From Piedraia hortae CBS 480.64 (Eukaryota): a stretch of DNA of 55,731 nt. How positions within the stretch are numbered: the stretch's first letter is position 1; each line of letters begins with the position of its first letter. Shown one piece after another: positions 11,289-24,626 of this stretch. The stretch is taken from assembly GCA_010093745.1 (NCBI GenBank), contig MU006005.1, forward strand, positions 67,934-123,664. The letters run 5' to 3'. Below the pieces are notes generated by a model that was not told the origin of the DNA, made no database searches, and saw only the letters and a list, made by a program, of their open reading frames with translations. Both the position numbers and the translations under genes were made by a program.

Positions 11289-12458
11289 ATGCGCCCATGG
11301 CAAGCAAAACGATTCCTTTCCAGTCTCGCGCAGGAGACTATCAAAGTACCTGTGGGTAACTGCAACATCACGTTAGAGTTGGTCTCCCCCTTGCAAGGTT
11401 GATGACAAGAATTAACCCTTTCAAGCATCCATCACCCATTGAAATCATCTCCAAACTCTTCCCATTCGCCTACAGTCTTGGTCCACTTTGCCCGCGGCCC
11501 AGTCGCGGCAGATACATCCCATGACCTGGCTTTTGTATCTGCTTTGCGCACGCACCTTCCATTTACGGTCGTGCAGTTGAATTACTGCCTAGGAGAAGAC
11601 CATCCATATCCCGGACCGGTTCACGATGCGGTGATCGGGTATGAATGGGTAGTGGAACATGTGCTTCACAGAAAACCTACCGGCCGTGTAGGCGTTTCAG
11701 GAGAGTTGGTAGGTGGCAGCCTGGCGGCCATGCTGTCTCTCACTGAGTGTCGCATCGGAGAACCAGGAATCGTAGCTACTGCCTTGAACCTTCCGATCGT
11801 TGATTGGACTGTTTTTGAACGGACTGATGTTGCTTCACCGTCGGACTCTGGCCCTGGAGGAGAGCAGCCAGTCCAAGGAGATGGCTGGGAATCGAAGCTG
11901 GCTCTCATTCAGTGGCGGCCAAAACTCTTTCGCAAAGATGAGCATTTCTTCGACCCATTTGCCTCTCCCATCTTGTTCTTTCGATCTGCTGGACGTTTGC
12001 CTTCAGGGCAAGATCTCGGCAAAGATTCCGAAATCTCAACTGCAGATAAACCTGGCGAGAGTGATTCCATTCCGACCACCCTTGAAGAGTTGGAAGCAGT
12101 TGCACTAGAAATGACACCTCGCAAAGCATCCAAACGGTTTCCCTCGGTAGCATTCCGTCTTCGTTTACCGCAGTTCTACATCTCATCGGGAAGGGACAAC
12201 CTACTAGACGCGCAGATTCATGAGTTCACCCGCCAGCTAAAGCAGAGCCACATTCGTCAAGTCACGCCCTCGAGGTTTGGACGCAAGGTCTTGACTGACG
12301 AGGAAGTGGATCGAGCTCAACGGAGCAAGCGAAGGGAAGACGCTGAGAAAAAGGCTCTCCTGTCAGCTCAAGAAAAAAGCACATTGTGGGACGACACGCC
12401 TGCTGGCCAGGAGAGGATAATGGAAGCTATACGTTGGCTTGGTGGCAGACTTTTGTAG
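11289..12458 (+). CDS. Alpha/beta-hydrolase-fold (HSL/Aes-like) protein, probably non-catalytic, ~373 aa
   Basis: Exon 1 11289-11377 (MRPWQAKRFLSSLAQETIKVPVG), 48-nt intron 11378-11425, then VVQLNY..HPYPGPVHDAVIGYEWV..VGVSGELVGGSLA, PIVDW, FFDPFASPILFFRS. Confidence 0.7.
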
Positions 12459-13398
12459 TTTTAAAAAGTGCAAGCATTCACAGTGGTAATTGATCGCTTA
12501 GTGAGCGATCATATCTACTTCAGACTGCCGGGGGGCTTATGCTGTGATTCGGTATAATACTGCCATTTCATCCAATTTCAGCGATATAACCTAATCCAAA
12601 CGGAAAATTTCTAAGTTGGCGTTACGCACGGGCCCCGTCTGATTCCATCCGGTTCTATTCACCGACTATCATATGTAGAGGCAGCATGAAGTTTCTAACC
12701 AGGCTGTACATGATAAGGAACAGCTCAATCGTTGCTTTTCATGCAGCAAGCCTAAAAAGAAAAGAGGAGAACGAAACCTATTGTGCATACTATCCATCAT
12801 AGACCCGGGTGCGGGGTTGAAACCGGCGCCTCTTCTCCCACTTATGCCTTTGCCGGATGCGCCGTTGAATCATCCTTCATGGCTTCGCGAGGGGCCATGT
12901 GACCGTTGCATCCTCAGCTCCTCAAGTCGAATCCTTTATGGATCGGCTTCCAGCATGCGCCACGACTCAAGCCTCGTGAATTAGGCTGTGAGTATGTGTT
13001 TACCCGTCCTTTGGCGATCCAAGACCCGAACTTCACCGTCACATATTTAAGAAAATGACATCAACCTATGACAATAGCCGCCCGTCTTACACCCCGTTAA
13101 GATTCCAATCAGCTGCAGGGAAAAACGCCAACGGTTGCACACATGTATGTACAAGCGGCCCGGACTAATCCACCCACCAATCCAACCAGTTACGCAGGTG
13201 CCGCTGCATAAAGCTGTAATTAGACTTGTACGATGTGAGGTAGAGGAGAAGGCGAGCACGGCAGCTCGCTAAGTTTACCTTTGCCGGCCCAGATGAATCC
13301 CTCGCGTACGCCTTCTTCTCCCTTCGCGCTTCCATCGCTTTGATCTTCTTGTTCGCACTTTGAATCTTGCACTTTGTGGGCTGCTGCTCGTCTTCAAC

Positions 13399-15337
13399 AT
13401 GTCAGACATTGAGAAAATGGTCGGGGCCAACTACGTCCAGCTCACAAACGTCGATGTCAACAGCTTTGGCTGGAAAGCCGTGACGGTCACAGTCAAAGAC
13501 CGTCAGTCAGCACAACCCAAGACGATTCTGACAGATATCAATGGCCTCGTTCGGTCTGGAGAGCTGTTGGCTCTCATGGGCCCGTCGGGATCAGGCAAAT
13601 CCACCCTTTTAAACGTCCTAGCCCATAGAACAGCGGCTGTTGGCGCAAACATCCTTGGAGGCATCTATATCAACGGCAAACGGACTGCAGCGCCAACTAT
13701 CCGCAGCATATCAGCCTATGTCGAGCAAGAGGATGCTCTTGTTGGTTCGTTGACAGTACGAGAGACTCTGAATTTTGCTGCACGCCTCTCGTTATCCCGC
13801 TCAGTAGATAAGGCGGAACGCATTCGTCGAGTCCACGCGCTCATAAATGCGTTTGGTCTCAATGCACAAGCAAACGACCTCATTGGAACGCCGATCAGAA
13901 AAGGCATATCAGGAGGACAGAAGCGTCGCGTAAGCGTGGCATCGCAACTTATTACAAGTCCTCGTCTGCTTTTCCTTGATGAACCAACCTCTGGCCTCGA
14001 CTCAGCCGCTGCTTTCGAGGTCATTTCATTCATCCGTGATATTGCAAAGCGGTACCATCTCATGGTCGTTGCATCCATTCACCAGCCTTCTACGTCTACG
14101 TTTGCCATGTTTGACCGTCTCCTCCTTCTATCTCAGGGCGCTACCGCTTATTATGGCCCAGTCTCCAAAGTTCAAGGGTACTTTGACACCTGTGGCTTCC
14201 CAATCCCTTTATACATGAACCCGGCAGAGTTCATTATTGATTTTGTCAACACGGATTTCGCCCGGGATGGGGCTGAGATTGACCAGCAGCTGGAACTGGT
14301 GCACTCGTCCTGGCAACGGTCTCGTCTCTCATCCACCACACTCACCGAGTTGAACGAAGAGATAGGCTACGGCAGTGAAAACGCTCCTTTTGAACCTGAC
14401 GGCGAGACCAAAGGAGCCAATATCTTTTCCGTCACTCTGACCCTCATCCACCGCTCATTCATCAAATCCTACCGCGATATTGTTGCCTACAGCATCCGCA
14501 TCGTTATGTATCTTGGTCTTGCCGTAATGATGGGCACTGTCTGGTTACGATTACGCACGACAGACGACAACATCCCAGCCTTTATCAACGCTATCTTCTT
14601 CGGCGGCGCCTTCATGTCCTTCATGGCGGTAGCCTACATCCCGGCCTTCCTCGAAGACCGTGCCCTCTTCATTAAAGAACGAGCCAACGGGTTGTACGGT
14701 CCCACGGCATTCATGATCTCCAACTTCGTCACCGGGATCCCCTATTTATTCCTAATCTCACTCCTCTTTTCTCTAGTCGCCTACTGGCTCTCCAACTTCC
14801 GTCCCACCACAGCATCCTTCTTCACCTGGATCCTCTACCTCTGGCTCGACCTCGTCGCGGCCGAAGCACTCGTCGTACTCATAACCTCCCTCCTCCCCAT
14901 CTTCGTCGTCGCCCTAGCAGCAACAGCCTTTGCAAACGGTCTCTGGATGTGTGTCGGTACGAAGTATCCCTCCATTAACACCCCCACAATACTAACCCGT
15001 GAGGATAGGAGGCTTCCTCGTCCCCACGCATACTCTCAACCCCTTTTGGCGCTATGTATTCCACTACATAGACTACCAAGCTGTCGTCTTCGGCGCAATG
15101 ATGCAAAACGAGTTCCGCAACCGAAACTACCAATGTACATCGCGGACGGCTTCAGGCGCATGTCAGTGTTCGTACCCCTCTGACCCTCGCGATTCGTGTC
15201 AGGTTAATGGCACAATGGTACTGAAGACGTATGGGTATGAGAAGCAAACTACGGGGCTGTGGATTGGGATTTTGGTGGCGATTATTGCGGCGTATAGGCT
15301 TCTAGGGTGGTTGGTGTTGTTCTTCAAGAGGCATTAG
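13399..15337 (+). CDS. ABCG (White-type) half-size ABC transporter
   Basis: Walker A GPSGSGKS, signature ISGGQKRR, Walker B LFLDEPTSGLD, SIHQP; C-terminal membrane domain; 52-nt intron 14957-15008 (GTACGA..CTAAC..TAG) restores the frame. Confidence 0.93.
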
Positions 15338-16005
15338 TGGAGATGGGGGGAATGCTTCGCGTGGGGAGGTAAGGTGGGAGTGTGTTCAGGGTATGGAAGG
15401 AAAGCTTGGTGTGATATCTCCGACCACGACTAATACTCTCTCCGTGGGTTGGGCAGGGATAAGATTTGAGGGAGGATACGATGTCTATGATTTTACGCGT
15501 TCGAGGATGTTTTACCTAGTTTTGGGCTTGGTCTACTCTATCTATTCCTGGGTAGGACTGCGTACCTCTATGATTGCGAGTGATCTACAACTCGACATCA
15601 AAATAATTGCATCGACACATAGAGCTGAGAGTTAAACTCTGCAACTCAGTATTAGCTTTCCAGTGGCAATAGGGTTTTAAGTTCTGACTCGCTGGGGGAA
15701 TAACGTCCACGAGCGACATTCCGAACCTCGTATCTAGAATCTTAGCACAGAAAACTAGATAAAAACCAAAAGTTTGAGACAAGACCGAAACAGAATGCCT
15801 CCCTCTCGGAGCTTAATTATCCTGGGATGTGCTACCCCTTTTTCATCAGCCAAAGAGGCTGCTTCGTGCTACGGTCAAACGAGCGACAGAATTCGCAAAA
15901 TTCAGATCTTCACACACTTTTCACAGAGTTAACTGGATTGGCTTAGATGAAGTATTTGCATGATAAAGCAGCATCAAACGCTAAAACTTCAAGCATTATG
16001 TACAC

Positions 16006-19000
16006 CTATCCATCACTCTCATAATCCTCTTCTGGTATAAGAGCATGGTATCGCCGATTAGCCAGATCTTGCTCCAATCCACCATCGCTTTCGGGATCAA
16101 TGTATCCTGCAAAAAATCAGCCAGAAATCAAGATGAGGGAAGTGAAAACATACCTCTCCCACCAAAAAGACTCAACGCCACGGGAAGGAAGATCAACGCG
16201 TGTGTAGCAGCCCAGAGAACCAAACTGACCCAGATTCGGAAATAGTAAATTTCAAAGATCTTGCTCCTCGTGAAGGCAAGAACAAACACGCCGAGGAATT
16301 TCGTCACCGTTATGCCACTGAAAACGCTTCCGCCGACGGTTACAAGGGCGGCCCACGAACGTGCCACTTGACCGTCTGAGCCTGGGCTAAGGGGAAGTGA
16401 GCTTGGGGTGCGTTCCAATACGGATAACAGAGGCATGGTGAACGCGCGGGCAATGTGAGCGCAAAATTCAACCGCAATGCCAACGCAGATTACAATGTTG
16501 ACGAGACTGACGGCGTTTAGGCTCACTCCCACTAGGGCCATGGTGCCCACAATGTCTGTTACGATCATGAGCACGGTCAGTGTGACCACAAGGCCCGTCG
16601 CAAGACTGCCGAGGAAGAGCGAGGTGATAACGAAGATGAAGCCCAGCGATGCTCCAACCAAGATTGTGCTCAATCGCACGATGCTGGCATATTGGTCGAA
16701 GAAGATGTAAAATTTGCTATAGGGGAAGACTTCAATGTCGTTGCGCTCTGAAATGTCCTGAGCGATGCGCCGGGCAGACGCATAGGCCTGGATAAAGTCG
16801 TCCTGCGTCCGAAGGGGAGTGTGTGCAGTGCGAAAATGACTTGCTGGTATTGTCAATGCTTTTTTATCCACTACCACAGCATCAGAATAGGGGGCTTGGC
16901 CGCCAAGTGAACATTCTTCGTTTGTCGGACTCTTGAGCCATTTCTCCATGTACGTGACGAATTCTTGGCCCTCTGGCATACCGTAGAGGCTCACGTTCCA
17001 TGGTGGATCCCGATCGGCAAAGCACACCGACCCGTCTCGTTCTACACAGCAGTGTTCCAGCATCGGGTTCAGCCACTGCAGGCAATCATCAATCCAACTT
17101 GCTGTTGATTGCGAGATGTACGAAATCTCTGGCCGCTTGCGCTCTTGTTCCAGCACATTGGCGAGGCTGAACTTGTTGCAGGTTGAGAAACGACCACAGA
17201 GTTCCTGCTGAACATATCTCTTCGTTGCATTGGCGTTCTTAACAACAAAGTATACGGGTGGACCGGCGTCAAAGTAGTCGCTCAAGTCATTGAAGTAATC
17301 AATGAGATAGCTGTCGGTGGGAATAGCAACACGCTGATCGAGACCCAGTGGCACATCTGGCAAAAGGGCAATGCCTGCGGCAAAGAATCCCAAGAAGACG
17401 GTCACGATAAGGACACGCATCTTGCTACCCAGGACAAAAGGGGCATAACGAGTTCGTACAAATCGACGAAGCCAGCCTTCTTCCTCAACGCCAGAGAACG
17501 GAGCACCGCCGAAGCCATTAGGCATGTCGCTATCCTGCGATTCTTTGACTCGAAAACAAGGAACGCAGTCCATCCTGCCATCTTCAACTCTCTGTTGGTT
17601 CAGAGCAAGTACGGCAACAAACATGGTCATCTGGAGTATCGCGTTGATCAATACAGCGCCAGCGGCATATGCAGCAAAGTTCTTCACGGCCGGCATCCCG
17701 ACAGCTGCACCTAGAGCAATTGAAACCGTCTCAGTGATAGCCGAAAGCAAGATGCTTGGTCCCATTCGTCCCAGGGCTCGAGCAGCACGGTCAGCCACAG
17801 TTTCGTCGGCATGACTTATATTGACCCGTTCAAACTCGTGCACAATGAGGAAGATGTTGTCCACGCCGACAGCCAATATCAGGAATGGAATAACTTCTGC
17901 AATGATGAGTGTGGCCTTGACGCCCAAGGAAGCAAAAAGGCCAACCGAAGCAGCCACAGACATGAGCACGATAAGGATACCAACGACGCCCAGACTGAAC
18001 TTGCTTTGGACAAGTGCCTGTACAGGCCGATGCATGATCATGCTTGCCGTCATTGTCGTCGATCCAAGCGCCAAAGAGGCGTAGACGAACATTACGAGGT
18101 ATGAGATAACTACGATCCGGGCGTCGGTGTTTGTGTTCTTGTTCAACTCCTGCTCCAGACTGATTTCCGTGTTGAAAGACAGTCGAAGACCCCGTTCCCG
18201 AGCTTCGTATTGTACATCCATCAAAAGAGTTTTCAGGCTTTCTTCCCATTCCTCAGCCATCTGCAACCTTTTGTCGCCGGGATTGAAGTTATTCACCACC
18301 CATGTGGCTATCAAGGCTTCGGCTTCCCGTACATGGCCAGAAAAGGTATTGTGCCTGCCGAGAAGCTGCTCAATAGGTAAAGGCTGCCCTGAATCGGGTA
18401 GACAAGTCACAGGAGTGTCGGCGCATTCTTGAATCTGTTCCGCCCAATGCTTCGGCTCCAATTGACTGAAAGAGCCTCCAAAATACTGCGTCAGACTCTG
18501 CAGAACACAACTGTCCCCGGTGGGTTTATAACACACGTCATCCAAGGTGTATCCTGAGTCTTTGCTTTTCAGCCATGCAATTCTTTGCTCGACACCAAAC
18601 CACCACTCCAGGACATCATAGCTAAGAACCGGTCCGGGTCCAGATGGCAGAGTGTCATTCACCAAAAAAGCCTGCTCCGCACGGAAAAAAGGACCAAAAT
18701 TGTCATCAAAAAACGCCTTTTCCTTGGCAGCGTTGCTGTTCGGGGCGACCCAAAGCTTGACGGGGTCCATCTCAACCGCGAAGCGAAGCCAGCCTAGCGA
18801 TAAGAGACCCACAATGACAACGGAGGAAACAATTGTGATGGCAGGAAATTGTGCACAGGTCCTCGCCAGTTGGCTAAAGGCGCGACTACATATGCCGTTG
18901 AGCCAATATGTCTTTGTCGGCCTCTGCCACTCGAGCACCTCGGCTGCACCCGGGCCAAGCATAGACTCATTTGCGAGTTCATCCTCGTCATCCATCGTGG

Positions 19001-19910
19001 TGGAATCACGCAATAGCTGCATCCGCTCATTCTTATTTCTTCGTCGTTTGGAAGCGGCAACATGGCCGCCAACAGCCAGTACCAGAAGAGTGATGAAAAC
19101 CACATAGATGATTATTACAGCAAAGCTCAAACAGGGCAAGAGTCCAACGTGACAATCATGGTCACTCGCTACGTCTGGCAGAGCAGGACAGGACGGTTCG
19201 CAGTCAACGCATGCGCATCTATACCGCTCATCACTGCTGTTGCAAGCTTTGGGGTCTGCTAAAACGGGTTCCATGCCTGGGAAAAGCTGGGGATCTGTTG
19301 GGAAATTGATCTGAAAAGGGCTTCCCAGAAAAGGCCGTTTATCGCCCAGGAACTTGAGAAATTGCGAGTAGTTTTTGGCGCTTCCACCAATAAAATCCAT
19401 GGCTTTGCCTCCAGTGGCACCAAACTTGACATCTTTGCAGCTGTCGTAAAAGCCTCGACCGTAATTGGCTGACACTAGCTGATCTAGTTCCGTAACAAGG
19501 TGCTTTCCACCCTTTTCGACCGTTGCAGTGATGTTTACAAACAAACTTTGATCGGGAGAGCAGGTAAAGGTGCAGAAGAGGTCGTAAAAATTTTTGTGGC
19601 AAGCAGGGCAAGCCGAGATGATGTTTTTGGCCTTATCCAGGTTGCTCTTGAGCGCATCAACTTGTTCATCCGTGCAGCACACCTTTGTATTGGCCCACTC
19701 GCTACCACAAACTTCTACAATCGAATCGCGGAGCTTTGAAGATGGCGTCTCCGCGGCACCGTTGTCGGGACATGGCAATTGGGCACCAAAAAGAGATTGT
19801 GAACCGCACTGTCCGCGGATGGCGCATCTGCCGGGCTCGTGGAGGCGGGTCATAGCAACTGCAGAGGCCTCAAAGGCCAGGGCCAGTAACAGGACCAACC
19901 ACCGCTTCAT
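16006..19910 (-). CDS. NCR1: Niemann-Pick C1-like sterol transporter (NCR1/NPC1)
   Basis: Signal peptide, Cys-rich N-terminal domain (CPACHKNFYDLFCTFTCSPDQS), sterol-sensing domain (AEVIPFLILAVGVDNIF), VEFCAHIARAF; 47-nt intron 16153-16107 adds the final exon YIDPESDGG...YESDG*. Confidence 0.95.
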
Positions 19911-20224
19911 CCTGTCTCGTACAAGCCGCCTTCACAACAGCCGCTGTCCATGAGGTGTCGTCATAAGGCGACGGCGCTAGTGGCTGGGATGTAACGGACG
20001 CTAGGCCACTAGTGGCGGAGCTTGTAGACGACGTCACCAAAACAACGGATGACTATGAACAGCGAAGAATCAGTGAATACAGTCGCCGAATTAAACACCA
20101 TCTACCAGCTGCCTGCACTGATCAGCACCAGCCCCACAAGTACATCCCCTTGGCGATGCCCGCAGACGCAATGCAACCCAACGCCTTGTCTTGCTTGCCG
20201 TGAAATCAGAGTTTACATGACCCG

Positions 20225-22560
20225 CTAAGACTCACCACCGCCCGTTGCTGGTGTCGACGAATTGCCCGTGGCCGCATCGGGCTTGCTTCGGTCGTTTCCA
20301 CGGCCGCCCCTGTTGCGATTACGGTCGCCGCGGAACCCCCCGCCTCTTCCCCGGCCTCGACCGTGGCGGTTTGTATCCGATTCACTGCCCGTATTACCCG
20401 CTGTAGACTGATAGCCCTGACGCTCACCCCCACTGCGGTGACCACCGCCTCTGCCCCAGTGGCCCGAGTTGAAACGGTTGCCCGAACGAAGCTCTGACAT
20501 TCGCACTTGGCTGTTTCCTTGCTTCGTATATTTTTCGCGTGCCTCTGATGCCAGCCCATTTTTCAGAACGGCGGACATTGTGTCATGATCACCAAAATGG
20601 GCAACCCAACGGCCGTTATTTAGCTTGTCCACACGCTCAATTTTGGCAGCGTCTTCTGCAGAGAACAGCTCCTTCACATTCTCCACTGTTGCTATTTCCT
20701 GGGGTGCGTAGATAAAGATACCTTTTGACGGCTCCCGCGGGGGCTGCGAAGCTTTCTGACCTTCACCTTGTTTTTGCGTCTCGTTAGTAGGAGTACCGTT
20801 GGCCTGTGGTAGTGCGGCAGTCGGTGCCGTAGTCCCATTGGCAGTGAGGGCAGTCTGATTCGTAGCAGGTGGGCTTGCAGTCTTCTGTACATTTGCCGCC
20901 GGCTGCTGCTGCTGCTGCTGCGGGGCTGACTTGGGCTGCACAGCATTTTGAAACTGCTTCTGGGCAATTGACGGCTGTACAGCTTGGAACGGAGGCGGCA
21001 TATCAGCCGGTTGTTGCTGCGTCGAACCGTGAGGAACAGGCCGCGATGGCAAGGACGCCATATCAACAACTGGTGCGGCATTACGGCTGCTTGACACCAT
21101 GGAAGAATTGGACGGCGCGGACGTCGCCGGCTGTGGTCGTTGCTGCACTTTGCTCAGACGATGTGAGAAGTTGAAGCCCTGGGCACGCATTTCAGTGCCA
21201 ACGCGGCCTTGATCGATGTCGAGAACCAGCCAACCAAATGCAGCATCTGCCAGATTGAAGTTCCACGTATTCTTGAACGCCGACTCATCGACTTGTCCAT
21301 TGGGCGGGCCGCCGCCAAACGGATTGCCGCCCGAGGCGGTGACGGGCATTTTGCCGACCAGGTCTAGCGCCTGCTGTAAGAGACGATTCTGCGACTCGTT
21401 CTCCGTCACGGCCTGCTCAACCTCGTTCTTGACCGTCTCCCAAACGTCGTTGAACTGCGACTTGGATTGCGCAAGCTTGCCACGGTAGTAATCAAGGGAT
21501 GGGTTGACCGAGAATTCATTGTATGAGCTGCCGTAGCGGAAGTGCAGGCCAGCCGAAATAGAAAAGTCTGCCTTGAGTGCAACAGACAGTTGGTTCAGCA
21601 AGCCTTCTCTGGCTGGCGATGCGTGAGTGATGAATACCCTCGTCTCCGTCGGATCGTATACACGGTTAGCCGTATCAAGGAGCTCGCCGATCTGCAGAAA
21701 CGTCGTCCACATAGTGCCTTGCCCGCCAGCGATAGTCGTGCGTCCCTCGCCATTATCGAACATCTTATGCATGACCACAGCGCCACCAAGACCGAGCAGT
21801 CGCAGTCGAACACCGCCAATATCGAGCAAGCGAGAGTGAGACTCGTCGATGACGTGAAGGTTATCAACCTTGTACTCACCGGACCGAAGCTTCTCCAATA
21901 CCAACACGTCCTCACAGGCGCCCCAGACGGTATAGACGGGCACCTCAAGTTTGTACGTCTTGTTTAAAAACTGGGGAAGCTCAGACAGCGGGAGATGCTC
22001 GCGCTGAAAACGATCCTTGATGCTCTCCTGCGACGCAGAGCGGAACACGTCGGCTTTGACCGGTTCGGATAGGAGGGGCGAATACTGGGCGACATGCTTG
22101 AGAGTCCTAAGAGCGAGTCAGTAAAGCTGACATGGCGCCAAATAGTCACTCACTTTTCAGCTATGCGCTCCAGCGAGCTCTCATCGTAGAAGCCAAAATC
22201 ACCTGTGTGGATGATGTAGTTGGCTTTAGCATTGCGCGCTAGCTCATTGAGCTGGGTCAGGCTTCCTAGATCATGAATCAGAACTGTCACGTCTACAGGT
22301 GTCATGTGTATGTCTACCTCTGACATCTGCTATGCAGAGCACGCGGGCACGTCCGACTTGGTGAACGCGACCATGGCTCGCATCCAACGTTCGAATGCCC
22401 TTTTCTGGCATGGACTCGGCAGTGGCTAACTGTGCGCCGTTTGTACTCTGATAAGCTACTTGCGAATAGGGACGAGGTTGAGACGAGGTTTGCTGCCACA
22501 GACAGCTGTCAGTGATCAAGTAAGTGGAAAAGGGGGGCAAGAAACTGCACTTACCGACAT
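20225..22560 (-). CDS. Calcineurin-like metallophosphoesterase-fold protein (DUF2433-like) with Q/P-rich linker, possible RRM-like segment and RGG tail, ~724 aa
   Basis: Four exons (22560-22555, 22492-22318, 22265-22154, 22106-20225; introns 62, 52 and 47 nt) give RVLCIADVRG, IIHTGDFGFYD, VWGACED, FITHASP, SAGLHF; tail RHGRGRGRGGGFRGDRNRNRGGRG. Confidence 0.8.
20903..20920 (-). repeat. (CAG)6 coding microsatellite (poly-Q)
   Basis: ctgctgctgctgctgctg on the + strand; PQQQQQQP in the minus-strand protein. Confidence 0.8.
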
Positions 22561-22958
22561 GGGGGGTATCAGTGAGGGTCGGGTTAAAGGTAAAAGGTAA
22601 GAAGGATGGATTTCGCGAGTGCCGCGTGGTTGTGAGAAGCTGAGCCCCGTGCAAAAGTCGTGACTTTTGATGGCGGGAAGAGCGGGAACGTGCACTAGCG
22701 CGGCGGGAGCAGCCGAGGCAGGAAAACAGCGCTAGCAGCCCACGCAAGCATGGCTGCATCAACTACAGCTGTGGCGGCCACCGTCACTGCATAATCAAGC
22801 CAATTGGGACCGACACGTTGGGCTTCCTTGACGTCTGTGCCACACATGCCCTGATTCGTGAGAGGCGCAGCCGTTGGTCAAGCGAGCGATTGGTCAAAGT
22901 GCACAGGCCACTTCTCACTAACCAAACGCGCAAAACACCCCTCAAGAAACCTCCAACC

Positions 22959-24626
22959 ATGTCTCGCCGTGCACCGGCTGCGGACACGGCGGAACGCAAC
23001 CGGGCTACACTAAAGCAGCTCGTTAGACTCGAACACAATAAAATTTGTGCCGATTGCAAGCGCAACAAGCACCCGCGATGGGCCAGCTGGAACTTGGGTG
23101 TCTTTGTCTGCATCCGCTGTTCGGGCATCCACCGCTCGCTAGGCGTGCACATTAGCCGGGTAAAGTCTGTTGACTTGGACTCATGGACGGATGAGCAGCT
23201 AGCCTCGGTGACCCGTTGGGGCAACAAAAGGGCCAACAAATATTGGGAACACAAATTGGCCCCCGGACACATGCCCAATGAAGCCAAGATTGAGAATTTT
23301 ATACGCACAAAATACGACAGTAAGCGGTGGGTAATGGACGGGCCCATGCCGGATCCTGCCACATTGGATGACGATGACGACGTTCCCTTGAGTGTGGTCC
23401 AGGAGAGGGCACGCGGCAACAGCTTGAGGAACGGGAGCGTAGCTTCGCCTCCCGCGTCCGCGCAGCCCCAAGTAGACCTCTTTGGAGACCCAATTGCGTC
23501 TCCGCCAGCTCGGTCGAGCACGGCTGACCCTGCACAAAACCGACACGGTGCCTCAAAAGCTCCGACGGCACCGCCTCGGCAGACAAAGCCAGCTGAAAGC
23601 CTGCTCGGCTTCGACTTTTTGGGTCGCTCTCAAGCTGGCTTGTCCCGTCCGTCAAGTACCGGTCCAGGCCCGCAGACGGCAGCTGGTCGGTCAGACTTGA
23701 AGCAGTCAATTCTCTCATTATACGCCTCCAAACCGGCCTCTACACCACGACAAGCATCCGGCGACAGCCAGACATCTGCCAACCAGCGTCATGCCTCCCC
23801 CCAATCTAACCTACAGGCTCTTGGCGGCCTCGACTCTGCCTTCAGCTCGCTCTCCTTTGTGCCTCAGCAGTCCACAGCGAAGCCTGCGCCTTTTTCTGAT
23901 CTCTCATCGCATTCGCGACAGGCGTCTGCCCATAAGCCAGATTCACTGAGTGGAGGCAGTTTTTTCGATGCCAAGCCCATCCCCAAAGCTTCTCCCCCTC
24001 GGCTGAACAAGAGGGAAAGTTTTGGTGACTTCAACGACTTCACGTCACCCCCTCCTTCTGCGACCATACAGCCAGTGTCTAATCCTGCACCATCCATTAG
24101 TGGAACTGGCGGCTTGCTTGATCTGGCCTCGTCGCCACCGCAAAAGTCGCCTCCTCTTCCAAAACCATCCAAGGCTCCACCTCCAATCAACGCCAGCAAC
24201 TACTACAATGCCACCGCTTTCAATCTCTCGAGCAACACACAGCAAACTACGCATAAGGCTGCCCCGTCAACCCAAGTGAACAATGCGTCCGCTCTGAATA
24301 ACATGGATGCTTGGGGGTCCAGCAACGCCTGGGCTACTCCTGATCCTGCCTCTGCGCCGCAGACAACTGCTCCCTCGAAACCGACCAGCTCTGTTCCAAA
24401 GATGGACTCTCTCTTCGATTCTGGATGGGGAGACACCGAGCCTGCTGTTACGCCTCAGAAGCCGGTTACGAGTGGGTTCGATCCAAGTGCCGGTGGCTTT
24501 GGTGTTCAGCAGGATGAAGAGTATGGCGGCTGGAGTCATGCTTCGCCAGTTGCCTCCTCTACTGCTCCAAAGCCGCCAGCTCTATCTAGCAATACTGACG
24601 ACCTGTTTGGTAATGTGTGGGGTTGA
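22959..24626 (+). CDS. ArfGAP, SMAP1/Age2-like, 555 aa
   Basis: CADC-x-WASWNLGVFVCIRCSGIHR zinc finger with arginine finger, SRVKSVDLDSW; low-complexity C-terminus with DLF, LLDL and DAW short motifs. Confidence 0.92.
   Translation: MSRRAPAADTAERNRATLKQLVRLEHNKICADCKRNKHPRWASWNLGVFVCIRCSGIHRSLGVHISRVKSVDLDSWTDEQLASVTRWGNKRANKYWEHKLAPGHMPNEAKIENFIRTKYDSKRWVMDGPMPDPATLDDDDDVPLSVVQERARGNSLRNGSVASPPASAQPQVDLFGDPIASPPARSSTADPAQNRHGASKAPTAPPRQTKPAESLLGFDFLGRSQAGLSRPSSTGPGPQTAAGRSDLKQSILSLYASKPASTPRQASGDSQTSANQRHASPQSNLQALGGLDSAFSSLSFVPQQSTAKPAPFSDLSSHSRQASAHKPDSLSGGSFFDAKPIPKASPPRLNKRESFGDFNDFTSPPPSATIQPVSNPAPSISGTGGLLDLASSPPQKSPPLPKPSKAPPPINASNYYNATAFNLSSNTQQTTHKAAPSTQVNNASALNNMDAWGSSNAWATPDPASAPQTTAPSKPTSSVPKMDSLFDSGWGDTEPAVTPQKPVTSGFDPSAGGFGVQQDEEYGGWSHASPVASSTAPKPPALSSNTDDLFGNVWG

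Noticed and set aside
15338..16005. 670-bp spacer between ABCG and NPC1 as a possible ncRNA site
   Set aside because: No snoRNA, snRNA or tRNA motifs and no convincing stems by eye.
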